This document shows, in pieces, positions 34,718-41,450 of a stretch of DNA of 41,450 nt (position 1 is its first letter; each line of letters starts with the position of its first letter). The position numbers were made by a program, and so were the translations under genes. This DNA is from a virus. Its lineage: Duplodnaviria > Caudoviricetes. The notes under the pieces are model-generated. The model made no database searches. It was not told the DNA's origin and saw nothing but the letters and a program-made list of their open reading frames with translations. The DNA lies in IMG/VR virus record IMGVR_UViG_3300017646_000178, positions 1-41,450 of that record; one strand, given 5' to 3'.

Positions 34718-35388
34718 TCGGCCATCTCCTTGTCGAGGGCGCGTTCAGCGCGTTCAGCCTTCTTGAGTGACCCGACGGTCTGGAATCGGCTGTTGCCGTT
34801 CTCGTCGCGGCGTGTGACGATCTTCCGGGCGGCGAGGTGCCGGTTCACCTCGGCCCTGACCAGGTGGACGTCGGCGGTGAGGTTGGTGGCGATCTCGGCG
34901 ATGGAGCGGGCCTGGTCCTGCCTGTCGAGGAAGTCGAGCACCCGCTGGTCGAGATCAACCGTGTCCGGCGGTGTGGGTGTCTCCGGGGTGGTCTGGCCGG
35001 GCAGCTCGTAGGTGGTCGCGGTGGTATGACCCTTCCGGATCACCCTGCCGTCGTTGACCAGCTGCTGAATGTCCCGACGGAACTCGTCGCGGCTGGAACC
35101 AACTTGTTCCCGGAGCCGCTTGCCACCTACCGGACCATCCGACCGGGCGAGCACTTGAAGGATCCGGGTGCGGCGCTCCTCGACCTGCCAGGCCGGTTTC
35201 CTCGGTGTCGTCCCGTGCGGCGTGACGGGCAGGTCGGACACCTTCCCGATCGCGGCGAGCGCATCCTCGATCCGTCGGGCCTGCCCGAGCATCTCGTCCA
35301 GCGCGTCTAGATGCTGGTCTAGCTCCTGCCGGGTCTCTTCGACCTGGGCGCGACGTTCCTCGATCGCTTCGACAAGCGAATCAGCCAT
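34714..35388 (-). CDS. Coiled-coil plus tandem winged-helix-like protein
   Basis: ILQVL...LV.DGRV.RKG..T.TTY and VLDFL...SIAEIA...L.....V patterns. Confidence 0.65.
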   Translation of the reverse strand: MADSLVEAIEERRAQVEETRQELDQHLDALDEMLGQARRIEDALAAIGKVSDLPVTPHGTTPRKPAWQVEERRTRILQVLARSDGPVGGKRLREQVGSSRDEFRRDIQQLVNDGRVIRKGHTTATTYELPGQTTPETPTPPDTVDLDQRVLDFLDRQDQARSIAEIATNLTADVHLVRAEVNRHLAARKIVTRRDENGNSRFQTVGSLKKAERAERALDKEMAE

Positions 35389-35391
35389 GTC

Positions 35392-36750
35392 TCACCACAC
35401 CTCCGTCCAGATGCCCGATCCCTCGGGCACCAACGTGAGCAACAAGGCATCCCCCCGGTCAGGGGAACGGCCCAGCCGCTTCTTCGTTTCAGCCTTCGGC
35501 TCAACAACCCGACGGCCCCTCGAATCCAGCCTGTAAGTCGGCGCGACCAGATCAGCCAGCAGCTGATCATCAGACGGATCAATGTCCAGATCCGACATCC
35601 GGTCCGCACCCAGAAACCAAAGCTCCGAGCGTCGGTTCGGATAGTTGTCCGGCTCCAACGCCTGCTCCCCACCGTTGAACCCGGTCACCGGCAAACCCAG
35701 CTCCCGGCACCGGTCCGTGACCCCGCCACCGACCCCGGTGTCATCCACCACGATCCGGCCACCGTGCTGTTTGTGCGCGTCGACCAGGTGCCCGACCGTC
35801 TCCATCAGGTTCTTCCCGACGTACTGAATGTGGCGACGAACCCGGTTGCCTTTCCGGATGTCGATCACGGTTTCGTCGGTGCCGAACCGGGCCACGTCGC
35901 ACCCGATCACGACCTCATCCCGGTCGGTCGGTTCGTAGTCGCGCTGCTGGGCGGACTCGCAGGCGAGCAGTGAAATCACCGCATTCTCCGCCTCCGCAGG
36001 GAAGTTCCCCAGCACCCTCACCTGGTACAGCGGGGATTCCTCCCCCCATGCCTTCCGTTTCTCCTCGACCCATGTCGGGCCGATCAGGTGACGGGCCACC
36101 TCCTCCGGCACCTTTTCCCCCGTGAAGTTCGGGGAATCGAACGCCGAAATGTGAATCGTGTTGTACGACTGCCGCTCCGAATGGTGCGACTTGTAGAACT
36201 GACCATCAGGCCGGGTCGGGTTCCCGATCATCAGCAACTTCGCGCCCTCCGAGGTCATGTAGCCCTCGCCGGCCTCGTAGATCGGGGACGGGATGCCGGA
36301 CGCCTCGTCGTAGATCACCAGCAGGTTCTCGGCATGGTGGCCGGCGAACGCTTCCGAGTTCTCCGGTTTCGACGACAGACCGATCGCGTACCGGCCATCG
36401 TCAAGTTGAAGTTCCGTTTTCAGGCACCGGCCACCGAGCGGGAACCGGGCCTTCATATGCCGCTGGTTGATCTCATGCCACAGCAGCTTTTCGACCTGGG
36501 AGAACGTGGTTGCGGTCGTGACCACCCGGGAGTTCGGGAAGCTGAACAGAAACCAGACCGCTACCCCGGAAGCCACATACGTTTTCCCGACACCGTGGCA
36601 GGACCTGACCGACGTGCGGCGATGATCCCGAACGGACTCCGCGACCTCCCGCTGCTTCGACCACAGAAACCCGCCCAGCACATTTTCGATGAACCACACC
36701 GGGTCCCGGCGAGCACGGTCCAGAACCCGTTTGGCTTCAGTCGCCTCCAC
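35392..36750 (-). CDS. terL: Terminase large subunit
   Basis: SCHGVGKT (Walker A), IYDEASG (Walker B), GNPTR, GCDVARFG.D, SPDRGDA. Confidence 0.95.
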   Translation of the reverse strand: MEATEAKRVLDRARRDPVWFIENVLGGFLWSKQREVAESVRDHRRTSVRSCHGVGKTYVASGVAVWFLFSFPNSRVVTTATTFSQVEKLLWHEINQRHMKARFPLGGRCLKTELQLDDGRYAIGLSSKPENSEAFAGHHAENLLVIYDEASGIPSPIYEAGEGYMTSEGAKLLMIGNPTRPDGQFYKSHHSERQSYNTIHISAFDSPNFTGEKVPEEVARHLIGPTWVEEKRKAWGEESPLYQVRVLGNFPAEAENAVISLLACESAQQRDYEPTDRDEVVIGCDVARFGTDETVIDIRKGNRVRRHIQYVGKNLMETVGHLVDAHKQHGGRIVVDDTGVGGGVTDRCRELGLPVTGFNGGEQALEPDNYPNRRSELWFLGADRMSDLDIDPSDDQLLADLVAPTYRLDSRGRRVVEPKAETKKRLGRSPDRGDALLLTLVPEGSGIWTEVW

Positions 36751-37276
36751 CGGCCGCCGCCGCCAGATCAGCAAACGTCACCGGGCCGCCATCGGCACCA
36801 GTGATCTCCGTTGCCTGCTTCGGCCTGCCGTAGACCCGGTCCAGCAGCCTTTCCGCCGCCGCGATATGGGCGCCCAGATCGTCATGCTCCGAAACCTGAA
36901 TCCGGCCCGACCGGGCAGACGTGCCGTGAAGTTTCGCGCCACCCTCCGGCAGCTCAACCAGCTCCAGCTGACCGGTTTCCTCGTTGCGGATCACGTCGTA
37001 GCCAAGCGTGCGGAAGTGCGGGGCCATCACCACCTGGACGTGGTTTTCGACCAGTTGACGCATCACCTCGGTCGGCTTCGGCTTCGGCGGACGGCCAGCG
37101 CCGGGCTGCTCCCCGCCGATTCTCGCCTTATCTGGAAGATCCTTGTCGTGTTGGCGGCACCACTTGCCGGTGACGGTGACACCCTCGATCACGGTCCCGG
37201 GCTTCAGCGGGACGGCGCCGCAGGGTTTGCCCTGCAGGTTCTTTGCGTGGCAGGCGCGTTTCTTCTTCTTCGCCAT
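36737..37276 (-). CDS. terS: Terminase small subunit
   Basis: Upstream of terL; GAGRP, LLDRVYGRPKQ, EITGADGGPV; N-terminal C...C...C..H cluster. Confidence 0.8.
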   Translation of the reverse strand: MAKKKKRACHAKNLQGKPCGAVPLKPGTVIEGVTVTGKWCRQHDKDLPDKARIGGEQPGAGRPPKPKPTEVMRQLVENHVQVVMAPHFRTLGYDVIRNEETGQLELVELPEGGAKLHGTSARSGRIQVSEHDDLGAHIAAAERLLDRVYGRPKQATEITGADGGPVTFADLAAAAGGGD

Positions 37277-37304
37277 GCTGCCCCCTTTCGGAGGTGGTTT
37301 GAGA

Positions 37305-37376
37305 TAGCGGGCACCGGATTCGAACCGGTCTCTCTCGGGAATGGGCCGAGCGTGGTCACCTATCCACTAGCCCGCG
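37305..37376 (-). tRNA. tRNA-fMet-like gene (CAU) with non-canonical anticodon loop
   Basis: Full cloverleaf, unpaired C1, GGUUCGAAUCC T arm, anticodon loop CCCAUUC. Confidence 0.7.
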
Positions 37377-37551
37377 GCAAGCTTCCCGCCCGGGTGAATC
37401 TCTGACCGAAGCCCCGGGTCGGGTAAGGACCGCGCTGAGGGTGCGGTCAGGGGGAGGAGGTACTACGAGCTACGGCGTCGCGGCGGGACTATGTGGGTCC
37501 CCGTGCGCCTCAGCTCGGTACCTGATTGTTCATGGACCGTCGGACGGAAAC

Positions 37552-38160
37552 TTATGCGGCCTTCTTCTTGAAGCGTGTCCGGTCGCGTTGGGCGCGGGCG
37601 TGGATCGCTCGAAGTCGTTTCGGGTGTCGCATGGTCACGTCCTCAAGGTCAGCTTCCTTGTCAGTTCGGCCTTCGATCGCGACTAGGGGCACGTCTCGGT
37701 CGATCGAGTGGAGCCGGTTCGGGGTGGTGCCTCCGTATCGGCGCATGAATGGTTCGGTTCGGTCGAAGCCGCAGGCGACGAATGGTGCTTGCCAGTGGCC
37801 TTTGCGGTGCCGGATTGGGTTCGCGGTGATCCGGAGGTAGATGTCGGGGTAGGTGGTTTTGAAGGGGTGGCCGTTTTCGTTGATGCCTTGGGTTCGGCTG
37901 AATCGGAACACGATCAGGTCGCTGGCACGGGCGTCGGGTTCGGTGGGCCAGGTGAGCATTTCGGGGAGGGCTTTGAGGAGGTCGTTGATCGAGAGCTCGG
38001 TGATTTCTTCGCCGTCATGGTCGAGCCAGGGCAGGTTGGTTGGGTGGGGTTCGGGGTGGTGGATGCTCAAGCCGAGGTCCTTTCTGGGCGGGTGGTCTCG
38101 CTGGCTGGGACTTTCTCGACGATTTGCCTTGTCAGGCCGCGGAAGAGTCCACCGGTGCAT
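37552..38160 (-). CDS. Hypothetical protein
   Basis: Long ORF in the operon direction; start uncertain. Confidence 0.55.
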   Translation of the reverse strand: MHRWTLPRPDKANRRESPSQRDHPPRKDLGLSIHHPEPHPTNLPWLDHDGEEITELSINDLLKALPEMLTWPTEPDARASDLIVFRFSRTQGINENGHPFKTTYPDIYLRITANPIRHRKGHWQAPFVACGFDRTEPFMRRYGGTTPNRLHSIDRDVPLVAIEGRTDKEADLEDVTMRHPKRLRAIHARAQRDRTRFKKKAA

Positions 38161-38396
38161 TTGACGATCCGGACGTGCCGGGAGTTCGCGAGGAATAGGT
38201 CCCCGTCGCGTGTTGGGCGCACGATGACTTTGCCTTCCCGGTCAAGTACCGGCCGGTATTGGTGTCCGAGGATGTCGGTTGCGGTTTCGCCGGGAGCGAG
38301 GGTGACGCGGCCGTTGGCCTTGAGGGCCGGCATGTCGGGCACCATGCGGCTGGATCCGTAGACAAGTTGTCGGCGTGGTCCGCTGCGTTCAGGCAT
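38067..38396 (-). CDS. Hypothetical protein
   Basis: ATGCCTGA overlap with the upstream gene; GGAGG RBS. Confidence 0.55.
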   Translation of the reverse strand: MPERSGPRRQLVYGSSRMVPDMPALKANGRVTLAPGETATDILGHQYRPVLDREGKVIVRPTRDGDLFLANSRHVRIVKCTGGLFRGLTRQIVEKVPASETTRPERTSA

Positions 38397-38625
38397 CTTG
38401 GGTCCTCCGGTGCTGGTCAGCGTTTGGGCATGTCGCGAAGTGCGACACGAACGTTTTCCGGCCCCGGAGTGCCCGCCGGTTCGTCGGGGAGATCACCTCG
38501 GCGATCTGGTTTTCGTCGAGGATCACGTTGCCGTTCTCGACCGGCCGCCGGTCCAGGGGCATGGATTTGCCGGCGGCGGTCATGGCCCAGAAGATCTGGG
38601 CGCCGCAGCTGGAGCAGACGCTCAT
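38389..38625 (-). CDS. Small Zn-binding phage protein
   Basis: CSSCGAQIFW..T..GK.MPLD...SHFATCP. Confidence 0.75.
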   Translation of the reverse strand: MSVCSSCGAQIFWAMTAAGKSMPLDRRPVENGNVILDENQIAEVISPTNRRALRGRKTFVSHFATCPNADQHRRTQDA

Positions 38626-38670
38626 CGCGACACCGTCCTTTCGAGATCGAGAGTCAGACAGGCGTGTGGG

Positions 38671-38883
38671 TCACCGATCATCGGCCACTCCGGTCTGGAT
38701 TCTCGGGGGGGTCCCGCCGGCCCCCTTGGCTGCGTGAAGGCAAACTTCGGATCGTTCGCGGAACGCGCGTCGGTGCGGGGATGTCGGGGACTGCTTGGCC
38801 CAGGCACCTTTCCCGTTGATGGAGTCGAAGATCGCTTCGGCCCCGGCCTCGATCATCTGGTCGGTGATGTCGCTGTTGCTCAT
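38671..38883 (-). CDS. Small hypothetical protein
   Basis: AAGGAG RBS before MSNSDITDQMIEAGA. Confidence 0.6.
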   Translation of the reverse strand: MSNSDITDQMIEAGAEAIFDSINGKGAWAKQSPTSPHRRAFRERSEVCLHAAKGAGGTPPRIQTGVADDR

Positions 38884-38942
38884 GCGTCTCCTTTTGGAGG
38901 AGGCGCCCGCCCCCTCGGTCGTGGGGGTGGGTGGAAACCGCA

Positions 38943-39401
38943 TCAGATCCACCCCCGATTGGCGGGTTCGGCTGGCAGATCGCAAAGGATCGCGCCGTCG
39001 AAATCGGTCAGGTCCCGGATCGCGTCGCCGATCACTTCCGCGTATCGCCGCAGCACCCAGGTTCGGATCGGGCCGGGACCCGCCAGCACCAGCCGGTTCT
39101 CATGCTGGCCGATGAGCTGCAGCGGTGTCACCCACATGTTGAAAGCCGACTCGAAGAGCTGAACGCGAAGCTGAACCTCGAGGACGGTCTCCCACGACTT
39201 CGCGGCGAGCTCGGTCCTTTCGGTGCCTTCAGGTATCGGGTACTGCTTCTTTCCAGATCCCCTCCGATCCCTACCCATCCCATCCCGGTTTCCGGTACGC
39301 CCGGAAACCGGTCGGGGGGAATCCGAGGGATTTCCGTGAGGGGAATCCGTGCGGAATCCACGGACACGTCTATCTCCCGATGAGGTGCGGATCTCAGCCA
39401 C
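38943..39401 (-). CDS. Replication-associated protein with C-terminal DnaA-N-like domain
   Basis: W..VL...L....F..W..PL.L......LVL..P....WV..RY...I; GTGGCTGA overlap with the upstream initiator ORF. Confidence 0.65.
   Translation of the reverse strand: MAEIRTSSGDRRVRGFRTDSPHGNPSDSPRPVSGRTGNRDGMGRDRRGSGKKQYPIPEGTERTELAAKSWETVLEVQLRVQLFESAFNMWVTPLQLIGQHENRLVLAGPGPIRTWVLRRYAEVIGDAIRDLTDFDGAILCDLPAEPANRGWI
39318..39363. repeat. Iteron-like GGA(A/T)TCC repeats, candidate origin
   Basis: GGAATCCG, GGATTTCCG, GGAATCCG, GGAATCC clustered within the initiator region. Confidence 0.5.
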
Positions 39402-39735
39402 TCTTGGCCTGCTTCCGCTCTCGGTCCTTGCGGCGCTTCTCAAGCACCTCTTCCTTGGACGGGTTCCAGTCGAGGTAGTCGTGGATGACGAAGCCGTCTT
39501 CGCCGTTCTCATACCACTGTCCCTCAGCGATCAGGGCTTGCACCATGTCCTCTCGGTCTCGTTGGAGGGGCACCATGCCGTTGACCACTTCGTTGGAAAT
39601 GTGTCCATCGGTGAGATGTTTCGCGCAGTAAGTGATTGCCCGCGCATGCAGGCCGACCGCCCCGTGGTTGCGCCGAGCCAGAGAGATCGTTTTGGGGTGG
39701 TCGTAGAAACCGTCATCGAGTCTTGCCCAGGCCAC
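39394..39735 (-). CDS. Phage replication initiator N-terminal domain
   Basis: MAW.RLDD.F..HPK...GL......C....TDG.I...IHDYLDWN...RRKDRERK. Confidence 0.75.
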   Translation of the reverse strand: MAWARLDDGFYDHPKTISLARRNHGAVGLHARAITYCAKHLTDGHISNEVVNGMVPLQRDREDMVQALIAEGQWYENGEDGFVIHDYLDWNPSKEEVLEKRRKDRERKQAKSG

Positions 39736-40398
39736 CTATGCGGCCTCGCTTTCGTGATGCCCGAGGGTGTGGCCGGTCGCCGGCGGGAGATCGAGCGGCA
39801 GTTCGATCACCTCGGGTTCCGGGGCGTTCTCGTCGACCTCCTCGGCGGCGTTCGTGACCATCGGGGTCAGGAACCACTTCCCGCGCTCCGTGATCGCGTA
39901 TCCGTCACCGTCGGGTTCCATCACCCCTCGGCGGGTCGCGGCTTCGATCGCTTCGTCGATCAGGTGCCGGTAACTCTCGGGCACGCAGAGGTCGTCTAGG
40001 TCGGCCGGCCGGAACTGTTCGGTGAAAACCAGCGACTCGGCGATCATCCACCGGACCTGGGAGGTCCACCTTTTCGACTGGGCCGGATCGGCTGCCGGTG
40101 CCGCGGCTCCCACCCGACGGTACACACCTGACTTTCGGGCCCGGGTCTCCCGGCGCCTCTTAGGATCGTTCGATGCCCGCCGGCCGACCTCGACGATCTG
40201 ACCGGTGTTGACCAGCTTCGCGACCACCGAAGGCATCGCGTTTGAAGAGTCCGCCGGAATAGTGACGGTCAGATCGTCGGAGTGCCAGGTGTCGTGGCTC
40301 TCGAGGTGCCGGAGGATGTCCTGCTCGATCGCGTCGATCAGCGGGGACTTGTAGGTCTCCATGAGTTCGCGGCCGTGGTCGAGATCGCGGGTGCTCAC
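39736..40398 (-). CDS. Hypothetical protein, possibly winged-helix
   Basis: AAGGAG RBS; LV..G.I..VGR and G.....GY.IT.RG patterns. Confidence 0.6.
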   Translation of the reverse strand: MSTRDLDHGRELMETYKSPLIDAIEQDILRHLESHDTWHSDDLTVTIPADSSNAMPSVVAKLVNTGQIVEVGRRASNDPKRRRETRARKSGVYRRVGAAAPAADPAQSKRWTSQVRWMIAESLVFTEQFRPADLDDLCVPESYRHLIDEAIEAATRRGVMEPDGDGYAITERGKWFLTPMVTNAAEEVDENAPEPEVIELPLDLPPATGHTLGHHESEAA

Positions 40399-40805
40399 CC
40401 TTTCTCTCCTTTCAGGATCGACTGGGCGGCGTTGATTGCGGCCTTGCGGCCGGAGATCGTCTGTTTCAGCGACTTTTCGCGGGACTCGAGAGCGATGTAT
40501 TCGAGCCAGAGTTCCCGGTGTTTTTCCCGGACGATCTTGTTGACGCGGGCGGTGCGAATGTCTTCGGCTGGGGGGCGTTGTCCGAGCTCGAGGTAGCGTT
40601 CTTCGAGCCGGATCAGTTCTTGGTCCCAGACTTCCTGGAACCGGTCGGCGAGGCCACGGACCAGCTCGCTGTTCTCGTCAACGCCGCCGCGGAGTTTCAG
40701 GGTGACCTGGTAGAGCTCGGTGGTGGCCCGGTTGAGTCGTTGCCGGTCCCGTTCGAGTTCTTGGAGGATGGTTAGGGGTTCGGCTTGGGTGGTGGTCTGA
40801 TTCAC
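40395..40805 (-). CDS. Coiled-coil hypothetical protein
   Basis: GGAGG RBS before GTG (MNQTTTQ). Confidence 0.7.
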   Translation of the reverse strand: MNQTTTQAEPLTILQELERDRQRLNRATTELYQVTLKLRGGVDENSELVRGLADRFQEVWDQELIRLEERYLELGQRPPAEDIRTARVNKIVREKHRELWLEYIALESREKSLKQTISGRKAAINAAQSILKGEKG

Positions 40806-40841
40806 CGGGTCACCTCCCGGCGGGCTTTGACCGCCCCCGCG

Positions 40842-40863
40842 AAATGACACCAAAATGACACCA
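40842..40863. promoter_or_regulatory. Candidate integrase arm-type sites
   Basis: Tandem AAATGACACCA x2, ~120 bp inside the tRNA boundary. Confidence 0.6.
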
Positions 40864-40980
40864 AGATTTTCCGCAGCGACCAGAAACCCCCGGAAAATGG
40901 CGGAACGGGACGGATGCGGTCGCAGGCCAGGAATTCCCGCCCCACAGCCAAACTTTGGCTTGTGGAGCGGAAAAACCTGA

Positions 40981-41054
<74 letters not shown>

Positions 41055-41141
41055 GTCGGGCTCGCGCCCGGGGCGAACGATATTTGGCGGACGACCGGCC
41101 GCGCTCCGTCGCTGGAACGAAACCCGGACCGCCACCCCGAT

Positions 41142-41442
41142 GGTGGCTGCAGTTTTGGCCTCCATGCGGCAGTAATCGCAGCCACCCTTCAGGAGGTCGC
41201 GGCCCGACGAAGCCCATGGACCATGGGTGGCTGCAGTTCTAGCCTCCATGCCGCAGTAATCGCAGCCACCCTTCAGGTGGTCGCGGCCCGACGAAGCCCA
41301 TGGACCATGGGTGGCTGCAGTTTTGGCCTCCATGCCGCGGAAATCGCAGCCACCCTTCAGGTGGTCGCGGCCCGACGAAGCCCATGGACCATGGGTGGCT
41401 GCAGTTTTGGCCTCCATGCCGCGGAAATCGCAGCCACCCTTC
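41142..41442. repeat. 84-bp tandem palindromic repeat (~3.6 units), REP/BIME-like, host side
   Basis: Units start at 41142, 41226, 41310, 41394; each has GGTGGCTGC...GCAGCCACC arms and a CCCATGG-A-CCATGGG linker. Confidence 0.9.
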
Positions 41443-41450
41443 GGGCAGCC

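Larger units (their letters stand above)
1..40980 (-). mobile_element. Temperate siphovirus-like prophage integrated at the 3' end of a host tRNA(CAU)
   Basis: Integrase/xis, repressor switch, recombination, replication, packaging, HK97 head, non-contractile tail and lysis modules are all present. Bounded on the right by a tRNA gene and arm-type-like repeats. The left att is not in the window. Confidence 0.95.

Noticed and set aside
39370-39396. UGA readthrough joining the two replication ORFs
   Set aside because: Readthrough meets TAG after 7 codons, and the downstream domain is in a different frame.
1-40980. Genome-wide UGA reassignment (alternative genetic code)
   Set aside because: Genes are intact in code 11, and many use TGA as true stops in ATGA/GTGA overlaps. 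Only the capsid showed a meaningful in-frame extension among the stops I examined.
41142-41442. CRISPR array
   Set aside because: The intervening sequences are near-identical rather than unique spacers, and no cas genes are present.

Overview
Nearly the whole window (1 to ~40980) is one apparently intact temperate siphovirus-like prophage of a high-GC host, probably an actinobacterium (inference). It lies downstream of a host tRNA(CAU) at 40981-41054. The second att site is presumably just left of position 1, since the window starts at the integrase stop. Almost all genes are on the minus strand. Read in that direction: replication/early genes (40805-37552), an atypical fMet-like tRNA, terS/terL, a WbqC-like gene, a portal-MuF fusion, protease and HK97 capsid, an opal (UCA) tRNA, a nucleotidyltransferase, a fibre, head-tail and tail genes, tape measure, lysis genes, a plus-strand accessory/immunity block, then an Arc-led early operon (RecT-like, exonuclease, small genes joined by repeated junctions, DNA adenine methylase, xis, int). 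The standout feature is the major capsid gene. It stops at TGA (29308-29310) inside a Gly-Ser tract that continues in frame for 34 synonymously varied codons to a TAG. About 80 nt further on is an atypical class-II tRNA with anticodon UCA, then a nucleotidyltransferase gene. This suggests a phage-encoded readthrough system making a long (GS)n-tailed capsid isoform, possibly a scaffold for virion surface modification. All product calls come from motif recognition by eye; no searches were run.
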